Of a stretch of 64,000 nucleotides of DNA, positions 28,661-42,415 are shown piece after piece. The notes beneath the pieces were generated by a model. That model made no database searches and was not told the DNA's origin. It saw only the letters and a program-made list of their open reading frames with translations. The stretch lies in NCBI RefSeq assembly GCF_009914755.1, contig NC_060944.1; one strand, written 5' to 3'. Every line of letters starts with the position of its first letter. Position 1 is the stretch's first letter. This stretch comes from the human T2T-CHM13v2.0 reference genome, Homo sapiens. The translations under genes were made by a program, and so were the position numbers.

Positions 28661-29169
28661 TGTTGTTATACTAAGCTATATTTTGTTATATTTGAATAAA
28701 TAAAAGGTTATATGTTTATACCTTTAGAGTATATATCTTTATGTCTGTATCTATTGTAGAATAAATTGCTTTCTCCTTTAGCTTTCTTTATGTTCATATT
28801 CAGTTGACTACTTTCACCACTCTATTTCATCTGTATTCATGTGCTTGTTAAGACTTCCCTCTACACTGTTTTTTCCAGCAATGTATATTCTATTTTGTTT
28901 TTGTATTGTTTCACTTTTTGCTGTCATTATTTATGGGCTCTTTAATCCTATTAATGCTATTTTGGGCCTCAATTTGTTTCCTTTTGTCCCTATTAATCTC
29001 ATGCTGTCCATTTATTCCATTATCCTGAACCCTCGCTTTATTGACCTGGTGTTCATATCAAATTGTTCTATAGAATGAAGCAATTGTGAATAATTTACCT
29101 CTGTTTCTGAAATGTTATTTTTTTAGGTTAGAATCCTTGCCCTTGTATATTACAGCCCCCTGCTTGCTT

Positions 29170-29285
29170 GCATCCCTTCCTTCCTTTTTCTTCCTTCCTT
29201 CCTTGCCCCCTCCCTTCCTCTCTTCCTCCCTCCCTCTTTTCCTTCTTTCCTTCCTTGTTTCTTTTCTCTTCCTCCCTTTATTTTT
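29170..29285. repeat. CT-rich low-complexity tract
   Basis: (CCTT/CCCT)n-like run. Confidence 0.8.
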
Positions 29286-32246
29286 TTCAAAATTAGTATT
29301 TGTGGTATGCTTTAATGTTGCCATGACATTTCTTACCTTCTTGTTCTGCCTAGGTGACTCCACTCGGGTGGCTCCATCCTGACATGCCATTTGCTATGAT
29401 ATATAGCATATGTGACACCTGACTTTCTTCCTACCATATCAGGGAAGTTTGTTTTCCCCTTGAAGTTTGAAGATTGAGTATTCTTTATTCTGTCTGATTT
29501 CTGAGCCTAATGAAACAGTGAGAAGGAAGGAGAGAGCTCATCTAAGGTGATATTTGGTCATTCTTAGATTACTGGGCATCTGTTTCTTCTTTTTAGATTT
29601 TGTGAATATCCCATACTCAGATTCACTACATCTACTTGCAGGTATTTACTTTTCTGATGAGAAGGTAGTCCCTATTTTCATTTATCTTACTCAATTTAGA
29701 AGACAGTCCTGAAGATTTTGCTACCATTAGAGAAAGTTAACCTCCTCCATAACCCCCTTCCTTTGCTTTGTTTATACCCCCATCCCGGCCCCAAGCCATT
29801 TTTTCTTATTACTTAATCATATGAGAGAAAGGATAATGATACCCAGTAAACTTGATTTTCTCTAGATGTTTGGTATTGAGGAATCCCCAAACTATGTTAC
29901 TAATATGCTTTTTGGTGGGTGGGGAAAAAGATTTAGAAGCCTAGCTATACCTCTCCACATCACTCTGTGTCTCCTGTTTCTTTCCATACTTACCAGTGTT
30001 TAAAACTTGCATTTGATAGTTTTCTTTCCCTTGTTTTGGTGTTGTGGTGAATTTTATTTATTTTTCTTTTCTTGTATTCTTGTTTGCTCAATCTATTACG
30101 TATTTGTCAAGAGGAATTCTGTAATTCAGTTTCTGTCAGTGATCTTAACGCAAATATCTGAGTCACACTTTCCATAAGTAAGTTGGGATAATAATTATAA
30201 TACTGAACTCATGAATTTTTTTAGAAGTACTAAGTTAGATAATATATGTAAATTGCTTTGCAAGCTCTCAAATTTTATATGAAGAATATGTTTTCAATAA
30301 ATGTAGTTATGAATGAATGAGCTGTTATTACTCTGCAGTAATGAACTTAGTTATCTAATTTATAGGATTATAAAATGTTAGCACTTAAATCAGTCCTAGG
30401 AATCACGTAGCACATTCCATTTATTTTATAAAGGAAGCAAATGTCATGACTGCCATCTTTAGTGCCATGTTTCATCAGGAGGTGGGTGACACAAGAATTC
30501 TGTGGTTATAATTGATGGCAAGCATGTCATTCATAAGAATTCTCCTTGCAAATAAACTTCATGTGTTAGAAGAAATATTTTTATTCACTTCTCAGAAGGA
30601 AGGTTTTTTCAATCAGAAGGCCCCTATTTTGCTGAACACCAACATTAGTTTAAACACGCAAGCTTGTGGGAAGAACCCAGAAGCAAAACCTAATTGCCTT
30701 CCATAACAGAGGGGAAAAAAGTACAACAGAAGAGAGAAAAGAGATAGAACAAGCTAGACCAAATGCTGAGTAAGAAAAATGAAGAGTTAAGTAAAAGCAA
30801 TGGGGGTACAGGTGAGAATGAACATTGAAAAAAAGATGGTCTGATATTAATTTTCAGTTGTTTCCTCTGAAAGGTATACTTTCTCCATCTCACACAAGGA
30901 ATATTTATTAAAGTTTATACTATTCACTGATGTTTTTGTAGTAGGTTTTTGAAAGGCTTAGTCCTGAATTCATTTAGATCTTAGTAAAGACCAAGCAGAC
31001 ATAGCACGTTCATTTGCAGAAGCTAAAGAGTATGGGATCTACTGAATTATTTATGTTGGTCAATTGTGTCCTCTTATGTTCAAACACAGCACTGGGGTAG
31101 GGGGGATAGAGTGTGGTAGAGGGCTGAGCTGAAGGAGCTTAGCGTTTGTCAGATGACTGACTGAAGAGATGAGTTTAAAGCTAAAGGGATTGCCAACACC
31201 AAGGATGGAGGCAAAGCTCAAACCATGGTGAAAATCAGAGGTTCTGATACATGGCAAAGGAAACCAGTAGCAAAGTAAGTTTACAACATTTGCTTCAGCA
31301 CAACAAGGAAACATTTTTTCTGCCAGGTCAAACTTAGAAGTTGTCATCTGCTTCCTAACGCACCTTAGGAGGTTCATCCAAGCCTGATATTAAGATAAAA
31401 TTAAAAAGGTACAAAAATAAATATTTTCAGTCAAAAAAAGCAAAATGATCACTGATATTTGTCTTCTAGGGCCTCTCTGAAATGATCATAAGTGGATTTT
31501 TAAAAGTGTTTAGGCTCACAAAAACAATCAGGGCAAGAGAGAGGCTGAGTTGACAGGGCTTCTCATCAACCACTTTGGATCCTGGGGAGAAATGTCACCA
31601 TAACTTCAAATTTTTAAGAGTGATCTTTAGTCAAAAATTGTATACCCAGCAAAACTATCAAATAAATTAGACCCAGACATTTTGAGCCACACAAGACTAC
31701 TTACTCTTTCTTGGGAAATTATATGAGAATGTAGTCCTGTTTGAACAGAAAACTTTTTTTTTCTCTTTTTTTCATTTCATTTTAATATCAGGGTTATGAA
31801 CATCTACAAAAATGAGTCTGGAGGAAACTTTCAGGCTGGGAGCTGGCACACACACAAAAGTCTTCTTTCTTGGGCTGAAGCCAGTAATACTAACTGTGAA
31901 AAGCCACCTCATCTCAGACGACAGCCATGATTAATATTCAGTGAAGATTGGAACAGTAGGACAGGTGGCTCTGGAAGTGAGTAAGATCTCTCATGAAATA
32001 AGAGAAGTTGATAGCTCAGATGCTATGATAAAAGTAAGTAGTGGGGTGTAAGTAAAAGAGAGAATCCCTTCAACCTTAAAGGTAGGAGCATTCTCCTTTG
32101 AGAGGTAGAGAAGATATGCTCGAGTCCAGCAGAAAAGGAAATATAATCCTAGCACACGGTTTGGTTTTGCAATGAAACAATTTACACAGTAAGAATAATG
32201 GAAGAGCTATGTATCCACTTTCAACTTTTAGAATCATTAAACTGAC

Positions 32247-32647
32247 TGATATGGTTTGGCTCTGTATCCCCACCCAAATCTCATCTTGAATTGCAATCCC
32301 TACATGTAGAAGGAGGGACCTGTAATCCCCACATGTCGAGGAAGGGAGGTGACTGGATCAGAGGGAGGTTTCCCCCATGCTGTTCTCATGATAGTGAGTG
32401 AATTCTCATGAGATGTGATGGTTTTAAAAGTGGCAGTTTTTTCTTGCACAGTCACACTCCCTCATGCTGCCCTGGTAAGAAGGTGCCTGCTTCCCCCTCG
32501 CCTTCTGCCATGATTGTAAGTTTCCTGAGGCCTCCAAGCCATGCTTCCTGTTAAGCCTGTGGAACTTGAGTCAATTAAACCTCTTTCCTTTGTAACTACC
32601 TAGCCTCAGGGAAGTTCTTTACAGCAGTGTGAAAATGAGCTAATACA
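32247..32647 (+). mobile_element. THE1D/MSTA-type solo LTR
   Basis: tgatatggtttggctctg...gtgaaaatgagctaataca. TSD CTGAC (32242-32246) / CTAAC (32648-32652), one mismatch. Confidence 0.9.
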
Positions 32648-33482
32648 CTAACCAATCATGAAAGGCAAGAATCGTTATGGAGAAAAGCCTAAAAATTACC
32701 AACCTTGGCCATGAAAGCGTAAAAACAAGGATGACAATGTCAAAGACAGAGGTGATTGGGAGAAGGGGAGATCAACAATGTCTTCCTCACCTTACCCAGA
32801 AGACCCTGATGGTTCCTAGAACAAGAAGCAGAGGCTGAAGTAAACTATAGCATCTGAATTTGCAAAGATTACCAGTGGTAGACATAAAAAGTAAACATTT
32901 ACTATAACAGAAGCTAGAAAGTGATTTAAAAGGGCAATTCCTCATTTTTCTTAGCAGAAAGCCAGTAGACAACATATTAAGTTAATAAGTCAAGAAAAGC
33001 ACTTTAAGTAAACTACTTACACATGTAGAAATAACCACCAAAGAAGCAAAAATAGAAATGGATGACCTGTGAGGGCGGGATCTGAAAGGCAGAGAAGCCA
33101 AACAGCATATGGTGGTTTTTAAACATGAACCCTTCTGAGTTATTTGACATCTTAATCATGTTTGGTTTTTTTTTTTTTTTTGGTTTAACAGATCTTTGAA
33201 AATGAAATTAAACATAAAACTATAGAACAATCTCACCTATCAATGTGTACACAATAATACTCCCTGAATTAAATTAAATTGTGATATGAAAAAGAAATAT
33301 ATGTATATTCAGGGACAGTATGCTTATTCTAGGAAAGGAAAGACTGTTTGAAAATATAAAATGCCTTTTGTTATGATTTCAGCAGGATGAGGTGAGAAAA
33401 ACAATCTCTAATCCATTGTTGCGGAAGAGGCTTTTGGTAAAATCTTTTCAATATTTTTGGCTTTAAGAAAGTCAGTATTTTA

Positions 33483-36400
33483 TGCTGGAGCCAGGGAGGC
33501 TGGAGGGCTTGATCCCAAGATTTGTCCCCACAGCCCAACACACTGGCTGTGGCAGTCTGAGGCCAGCGTGCCTCTTCAGGCCTAACCCTGACCTATCCTT
33601 CCTCATTGGGCAGGGCTTCCCTGCAGAAACTCCAATAACTCCAGCTAGAGGCTCAAGGACAGAATTCGGATCCCCCTGGACCTGAGCCCCGGCGGGAGGG
33701 GCAGCCACAGTTTCTAGGGACCAGCAGACTTAGTCTCTCTTCCTGGTAGCTCTGAGGAATCCAGGCAGCCCAGACAAGTAGGTTTCCCCCCAGCAAAGCA
33801 CACCCTCTCCACCAAGTGACAAAGTGTTTCATTAAATGGGTCCTGATCCCCGTGCCACCCAACTGGGTGAGCCCCTCCAACAGGGGTTGTCAGATACCCT
33901 ATACAGGAGCAACCCTACTGGCATCAGTCTGGTGCCCCTCGAGGTCAGAGGCCCCAGAAGAACGAGCAGGCACCCATCTTTGCTGCTCCCCAGCCTCCTT
34001 GAGTGACATCTCCAGGCACAGGAGCAAATCAGATGACTAGGTCCTAAAGTGAACCCCCAGCAAACTGCAGAAGCCCTAATGAAGAGGGACCTGACTATTG
34101 AAATAAAAATAAAGAAGCAGAAAGTGACAACAACAGCATCAACAACAACAACAACAAAAAGACCCAAAAAAAAAACCCATTCAAGGGTCAGCAGCCTCAA
34201 AAACGAAAACTAAACAAACTCACGAATATGAGAAAGAATCAACAAAAAAATGCTGAAAACACAAAAGGCCAGAGTGCCTTTCCTCCTCCAAACGACTGCA
34301 ACGTCGTTCCATCACAAGCATAAAACTGGATGGAGGATCAGACAGATGAATTGACAGAAGTAGGCCTCAGAAGATGGGTAATGAAAAACTAAGTTCTAAC
34401 CCAATGCAAATAAGCTAAGAACCTTGATAAAAGGTTACAGGAATTGCTAACTAGAATAACCAGTTTAGAGAGGAACATAAATTACCTGATGGAGCTGAGG
34501 AACATAAATTACCTGATGGAGCTGAAAAACACAGCACGAGAACTTTGTGAAGCATACACAAGCATCAACAGCCAAACTGACCACGCGGAAGAAAGGATAT
34601 CAGAGTTTGAAGATCACCTTACTAAAATAAGATATGCAGACAAGAATAGAGGAGAAAAGAAGGAAAAGGAATGAACAAAGCCTCCAAGAAATACAGGGCT
34701 TCATAAAAAGACTGAACCTACAATTGACTGAAGTAGCAGAAAGAGATGGGGAGAGTGGAAACAAGCTGGAAAACACACTTCAGGATATTATCCAGGAGAA
34801 CTGCCCCAACCTAGCAAGGCAGGCCAACATACAAATTCAGGAAATGCAAAGAAACCATTAAGATACTCTCCAACAAGATCAACTCCAAGACACACAGTCA
34901 TCAGATTCTCCAAGGTCAAAATGAAGGAAAAACTATTAAGGGCAGACAGAGAGAAAGGCCAGGTCACCTACAAAGGGAAGCCCATCAGACTAACAGTGGA
35001 CCTCTGGGCAGAAACTCCAGAGGCCAGAAGAGATTGGGGGCCAATATTCAATATTCTTAAAGAAAAGAATTTTCAACTCAGAATTTCATATGCAGCCAAA
35101 CTAATCGTGATAAGTAAAGGAGATATAAAATCCTTCCCAGACAAGCAAATGCTGAGGGATTTTGTTACCACCAGGCCTGCCATCCAAGAGATCCTGAAAG
35201 AAGCACTGAATGTGGAATGGAAAAACAGGTACTAGCCACTGCAAAAACATACTAAAATATAAAGACCAATGAAACTATGGAGGAACTGCATCAACTAGTG
35301 TGCAAAATAACCAAATAGCATCATGATGACAGGATCAAATTCACATATAACAATACTAACCTTAAATGTAAATGAGCTGAATGCCCCAATTAAAAGACAC
35401 AGACTGGCAAAATGGATAAGGAGTCAAGAGGCATTGGTGTGCTGTATTCAGGAGACCCAACTTACATGCAAAGACATACATGGGCTCAAAATAATGAGAC
35501 GGAGGAAAATCTAGGCAAATGGAAAGCAAAATAAAAATAAAAATAAAAAAAAATAAAAAAGCAGGGGTTGCAATCCTAATCTCTGATAAAAAAGACTTTA
35601 AACAAAGATCAAAAAAGACAAAGAAAGGCATTACATAATGGTAAAGGGAACAATTCAACAAGAAGAGCTAACTATTCTAAATATATATGCACCCAATACA
35701 GGAGCACCCAGATTCATAAGACAATCTTAGAGACCTACAAAGAGACTCAGATTCCCACACAATAATATTGGGAGACTTTAATACCTCACTCTCAATATTA
35801 GACAGATCAATGAGACAGAAAATTAACAAGGATATTCAGGAGTTGAACTCAGCTCTGGATCAAGTGGACCTAGTAGACGTCTATAGAATTCTCTACACCA
35901 AAATCAACAGAATATGCATTCTTCTCAGTGCCACATGGCACTTATGCTAAATCAACCAAATAATTGGAAGTAAAACACTCCCTAGGAAATGCAAAAGAAC
36001 TAAAATGATAACAAACAGTCTCTCAGACCACAGGGCAATCAAATTAGAACTCAGGATTAAGAAACTCACTGAAAACCACACAATTACATGGAAATTGAAC
36101 AACCTGCTCCTGAATGACTCCTGGGTAAATAATGAAATTAAGGCAGAAATCAAGAAGTTCTTTGAAACCAATGAGAACAAGGAGACAGCATGCCAGAATC
36201 TCTGGGACACAGCTAAAGCAGTGTTAAGAGGGAAATTTATAGCACTAAATGCCCACATCAGAATGCTAGGAAGATATCAAATTGATATCCTAACATCACA
36301 ATTAAAATACCTAGAGAGGCAAGAGCAAACTAATCCAAAAGCTAGCAGAAGACAACAAATAACTAAGATCAGAGAAGAATTGAAGGAGATAGAGACATAA

Positions 36401-39380
36401 AAAAATCTCCAAATAATCAACAATGCAGAAGATGGTTTTTCGAAAAAATTAACAAAATATATCACTAGTTAGACTAATAAAGAAGAGGAGAAAGAAGAAT
36501 CAAATAAACACAATAAAAAATGATAAAGGGGATATTACCACTGATCCCACAGAAATACAAACTGCCATCAGAGAATACTATAAAAACCTCACGTAAATAA
36601 ACTAGAAAATCTAGAAGAAATTGATAAATTCCTGGACGCATACACTCAACCAAGACTAAACCAGGAAAAAGTCAAAACCCTGAATGGACCAATAACAAGT
36701 TCTGAAATTGAGGCAGTAATTAATGGGCTACCAACCAAAAAAGGCTCAGGAGTAGACAGATTCACAGCTGAACTCTACCTGAAATGCAAACAGGAGCTGG
36801 TACCATTCCTTCTGAAACTATTCCAAACAATTGAAAAGGAGGGACTCCTCCCTAACTCATTTTATGAAGCCAACATCATCCTGATACCAAAACCAGGAAG
36901 ACACAACAAAAAAGGAAAACTTCAGGCCAATATCCCTGATAAACATCAATGTGAAAATCCTCAGTAAAATACTGACAAACCAAATCCAGCAGCACATCAA
37001 AAAACATATCCACCATGATCAAGTTGGCTTCATCCCTGAGATGCAAGGCTGGTTCAACATACACAAATCAATAAATGTAATCCATCACATAAACAGAACC
37101 AAAGACAAAAACCACATGATTATCTCAATAGGTACAGAAAAGGCCTTTGATAAAATTCAACATCCCTTCTTGTTAAAAACTCTCAATAACCTTGGTAGTG
37201 ATGGAACATATCTCAAAATGATAAGAGCTATTTATGACAAACCCACAGCCAATATCTTATTGAACGGGCAAAAGCTGGAAGCATTCCCTTTGAAAACTGG
37301 TACAGACAAGGATGCCTCCTCTCACCACTCCTATTCAACACAGTATTGGAAGTTCTGGCCAGGGTTACCAGGCAAGAGGAAGAAATAAAGGGTATTAAAA
37401 TAGGAAGACAGGAAGTCAAGTTGTCTCTGTTTGCAGACAACATGATTTTATGTATAGAAAACCCCACCATCTCAGCCACAAAACTCCTTGAACTGATAAG
37501 CAACTTCAGCAAAGTCTCGGGATACAAAAGCAATGTGCAAATATCACAAGCATTCCTTTACACTGACAATAGGCAAGCAGAGAGCCAAATCATGAATGAA
37601 CTCCCATTCACAATTGCTACAAAGATAATAAAACACCTAGGAATACAGCTAACAAGGGATGTGAAAGATCTCTTCAAGGAGAACTACAAACCACTTCTCA
37701 ATGAAATAAGAGGACACAAACAAATGGAAAAACATTCCATCCTCATGGATAGGAAGAATCAATACTGTGAAAATGGCCATAATGCCCAAAGTAATTTACA
37801 GATTCAACACTGCTCCCATCAAACTACCATTGACATTACTCACAGAATTAGAAAAAATAGTTTTAAATTTCATATGGAATCAAAGAAGACCCCAAGACAA
37901 TCCTAAGCAAACAAAACAAAGCTGGAGGCATCAAACTACTTGACTTTAAACTATACTACAAGGATACAGCAACCAAAACAGCATGGTACCTGTACCAAAA
38001 CAGATATACAGACCAATGGAACAGAATAGAGACCTCAGAAATAACACCACACATCTACAACCATCTGATCTTCAACAAACCTGACAAAAACAAGCAATGG
38101 GGAAAGGACATCCTATTAAGTAAATGGTGCTGGGATAACTGCCTAGCCAAATGCAAAAACAGAAAGTGGACCACTTCCTTATACCTTATAGAAAAATTAT
38201 CTCAAGATAGATTAAAGACTTAAATGTAAAACCCAAAACCATAAAAATCTCAGAAGAAAACCTAGGCAATACCATTCAGGACATAGGCATGGGCAAAGAC
38301 TTCATGACAAAAATGCCAAAAGCAATTGCAACAAAGGCCAAAATTGACCAATGAGATCTAACTAAACTAAAGAGCTCCTGCACAGCAAAAGAAACTAGCA
38401 TCAGAGTGAACAGGCAACCTACAGAATGGGAGAAAATTTTTGCAATCTACCCATCTGACAAAAATCTAATATCCACAAGTTACAAGGAACTTAAACATAT
38501 TTACAAGAAAAAAACAACCCATCAAAAAGTGGCAAAGGATATGAACAGACACTTCTCAAACGAAGACATTTACGCAGCCAACAAACATGAAAAAAAGCTC
38601 AACATCACTGATCATCAAAGAAATGCAAATCAAAACCATAATGAGATACCATCTCATGCCAGTCAGAATGGTGATTATTAAAAAGTCAGAAAACAATAGA
38701 TGCTAGTGAGACTGTGGAGAAATGTAAATGATTTTACACTGTTGGTAGGAATGTAACAACCATTGTTGAAAACAGTATGGCAATTCCTCAAGGATCTAGA
38801 GCCAGAAATACCATTTGACCCAGCAATCCCATTACTGGGTATATACCCAGAGGAACGCAAATCATTCTACTATAAAGACACATGCACATGTATGTTTAGT
38901 GCAGCACTATTTACAATAGCAAAGACATGGAGCCAACCCAAATCCCCATCAATGATAGACCGGATAAAGAAAATGTGGTAAATATATACCATGGAATACT
39001 ATGCAGCCATAAAAAGGAATGAGATCATGTGCTTTGCAGGGACATGGATGAAGCTGGAAGCCAGCATCCTCAGCAAACTAACAGAGGAACAGAAAACCAA
39101 ACACCGCATGTTCTCACTTATAAGTGGGAGTTGAACACTGAGAATACATGGACACACAGAGGGGAATAACACACACCAGGGCCTGTTGAGGGGTGGCAGG
39201 GTGAGGGGAGGGAACTTAGAGGATGGGTCAATAGGCACAGCAAACCACCATGGCACACATATACTCATGTAACAAACCTGCATATTGTGCACATGTATCC
39301 CATTTCTTCCTTTTTTTAGAATAAACAAAATGTAAAAATGAAATTAAAAAAAAAGTTTATTACTCACATCCTCCTCAAAA
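33483..39380 (+). mobile_element. Near-full-length, inactive L1 (L1PA8A-like): partial 5'UTR, ORF1 from ~34228, ORF2 ~35323-39133, 3'UTR
   Basis: ORF fragments match L1 ORF1p (KGKPIRLTVD...WGPIFNILKEKNFQ) and ORF2p (endonuclease TLNVNELNAPIKRHRLA; RT region SLFADNMIL). There are many stops and frameshifts. Exact 15-bp TSD AAAGTCAGTATTTTA at 33468-33482 and 39381-39395. The subfamily call is from recall of the 3'UTR (gggaacttagaggatgggtcaatagg). Confidence 0.93.
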
Positions 39381-39395
39381 AAAGTCAGTATTTTA

Positions 39396-41400
39396 GATGT
39401 AGAAGAATACTCTATTAGAATAACAGCGCCCATCTGAAGCCAAAGACAACATCATATATAAGAGTCAAACACTGAAGCCACTTCTATTAAATTCAGGAAT
39501 GAAACAAGGTTATACTTACATTATTCAATATTGATTTGCAAACTCTAAGCAATAAAATTAAAAGGGAAGAAAGAGAAGGAAGAAGTTAGAAAGAAAGAAA
39601 TTTTTTATAATAATAGAAAAGCAAGAGATAAAATTACCATTATTTTCCTGATGATATGATTGAATACCTAAAAAAAACACAAGCATCAACTCAAAAACTT
39701 GCAGTACTGATTAAAAAAAAAAGTTCAGTAAGATGAGTGGTTAAAAAACAAATAGATAAAACACAACAGCTTTCTTATATAGCATCAATAACCACTTGGA
39801 AGCTCTGACAAGAAATAAATTAAATCCCATGGTAGCAAATAACTAGGAATCAACTTAAACAGAGATATGAGAGGTCCAGATGAAGAAACCCACAAAACTT
39901 TACTGAGGGAAATAAAAGAATCCTTGAAAATGTGAAGATACAGGTAACGATTCTGAGTCTGAAGACTCAATAAAGTCAAGATGGAAATTATCACAAAAAT
40001 AATTTGAGCAATATTTTCAATTCGAATAAAACCCAAGAGGAGTTTTCTGGAACTTGGCAAAATAATTCTAAAGATCATTTGAAAGGAGACACAAAGAGTC
40101 TCTCTCTCTTTTGTTTTGTTTTGTTTTTTTTCATAAAGTGTAACTAGAAGAGAATGTCCTATTAAGAATTAAATACCTAGTAAAGCCACAATAATTAAAA
40201 GAGTGTTGTACTGACATAAAAACAGACAGGCTAATGACAAGAAGAAGAAAGAACATCAATAGACCATATATGAGAATGCATTTGATGAGAACAGCCCCAC
40301 TTTTAATGAGGGGAGAAAGGCTAAACTATTAATTCATGGTTCTGGAATACTGATTAACTATAGTATTTGAAAAAACAATGGACTTAGATTCTATTCACAT
40401 GGTGAATGAAAAATTAATTAACTAGCTAATTAATTAATTCATAACTATAAAGAGTTGAACATGAAGAAGAATAAAAAATCAAATCATTAAAATCTAGAAA
40501 AATACAAGAGAATATTTATCTCATTTGGGAATAGGGAAATAACTTTTGAAGTTCAAAAGCAAAAGAAGATATAAAGTTTTCTATAATGGACAACATAAAA
40601 ATTAAAACTATTCATCAGAGACATCAAAAATTCTGAAAGCAAATAAAAACTGAAAAAATGTAAGTACCAGGTAAAGAATAATATCCTTTCTCCATAAAAA
40701 AGCTTATAATATACATATATGGAAAATATAAAAATGTTTATGAACAGATAATTCACAGAGGACAAAACATAAAATATATTTGGCTATATAATAAGGAAAA
40801 ACCAGGTCAATAGGATGCAGTGTCATTTCTTATCAAATAAGCTAAGATTTTGAAACAGTGATAATTCCTAATATTAGCAAATAGTAAATGAGTAATTACC
40901 TGATGCTTGGACTACCAGTTGTCTCAATGATTTTCTGAGGAGCAATTTGATAATACGTATCACATTATCAAGTTGTGAATCATATAACACAATATGAATC
41001 ACATATCACATTAAAATGCCCACACCACCAATTGAATAATCCCAATCTAGAAGACATAATGAGAAATCATAACAAATATTTAGGTGAAAAATCTCACGAC
41101 AGTATTACTGTACTGAAAGACTGAAAGCAATTTCAACACCCAAGTGTAAGGACGTAATTAAATAAGTAATAATACGGCAATATGATATAATTTAATTGAT
41201 GTAAAAGTCCAAGCATTCAAGAATATTTAATGACATAAAAATGTTAATGATAGAATTCTAAATGAGAAAAAAAAGCCATGTAACAGGACTTATAGCTTGC
41301 ACCTAATTTTGTAAAATATATATATACATTTAGCAAACGTATGAGCATATGCATACACATGTGTGTATATAAATAGTAATCTACATATAGAAAAACGACT
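39396..41400 (+). mobile_element. Highly diverged older L1M ORF2/3' region (host of the L1PA8A-like insertion; also continues at ~33250-33467)
   Basis: Decayed ORF2 motifs (ttattttcctgatgatatgattgaatacctaaaa; ctaggaatcaacttaaacagagatatg; aattctaaagatcatttg) continue across the TSD. Confidence 0.6.
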
Positions 41401-42355
41401 TGAGAAGAGTTCAACTTTCAATTAAACATCACAAAGTAAACACATGCATTAACCTCCATTTTCTTCCAAATGCACCAAAATGACAGTGTAGGAATTAAAA
41501 AGACATAAACAAACCCATATATACCAAGAGAATGGGGAAAAAAGTGACAGCAATTGAGAGATGCAAACATTTTGGAGGAAGAAAAATGGTTGGACAAATG
41601 GTAACTGATTAAGCAGAGCAGTGAAAACTGAAGCCCGTATGTCCATCAGGTAAGAAAGCAGAATACAACCAATTTAACCCATGGAGTACCAAAAGGACCC
41701 AGAAATGGGGCAACCAGATTATTCTAACGGCAGGAACACCTAGGGCTGAAAACAAAATTACCTGAAAATCTGTATAAGAAATGTTAAGACAACCACCCAC
41801 AAAACCCCCTTTGACATCTGCCATGCGACCAGATGCCAGTCCCTTCTCAATACCTACATAAGACTGAAAATGTAGTTACTACAACATATCAAGCAGAGAG
41901 GATATAGCTTCAAGGATTCTGTGGCCAGCTGAGAGGGGGTAAGTCACCAGGCAAAACCACGGGTGATCCACTGAAACCAACATACTGAGTGAAGACAGCA
42001 TCCCCCAATTAGCTCTGAGTACCCACAGCCAGGTTACACATACTTCCCATGCCTTCATGAGTGCAGAAGGCTTATCTTTGGAAAAATTTACCAGATGGAG
42101 AGGAAAAGGCCTTAGCCGTGAACATTCCAATGTTCATCCATAAAAATCCAGTTTACTGTCTTATTTCCATATAGTCAAACCTGTCAGTGAACAAAGCCCC
42201 TCCCATGCAATACATAGACTCAAAATTTTAGTGCCAATCTCTTAAATATGAATGGATAGCCAATGATGATGACTATTTGAGTTAAATCTCTAACATGAAC
42301 AGAAGAGACCAAAACAAACAGGGAGGGGAAAAGTGCAGGTAGAAAACAAAAGATA

Positions 42356-42415
42356 AGTGCTTCTCAGCCTTTTGGCTAAGATCAAATGTAGTATCTCTTC
42401 TTATCAGTTTCATAT
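42356..42415 (+). pseudogene. U2 snRNA 5' fragment (nt ~1-60) retrocopy
   Basis: agtgcttctcagccttttggctaagatcaaatgtagtatctcttcttatcagtttcatat versus U2 ATCGCTTCTCGGCCTTTTGGCTAAGATCAAGTGTAGTATCTGTTCTTATCAGTTTAATAT: 6 mismatches in 60 by eye. The branch-site-pairing GTAGTA is intact at 42388-42393. Confidence 0.92.

Noticed and set aside
34444-38981. L1 ORF1/ORF2 fragments as a functional reverse transcriptase or endonuclease
   Set aside because: Broken into many short frames by stops and frameshifts, so not retrotransposition-competent.
42356-42415. Functional U2 snRNA gene
   Set aside because: Only the first ~60 nt are present, with no Sm site or 3' stem-loops. It carries mismatches and has no evident snRNA promoter context.
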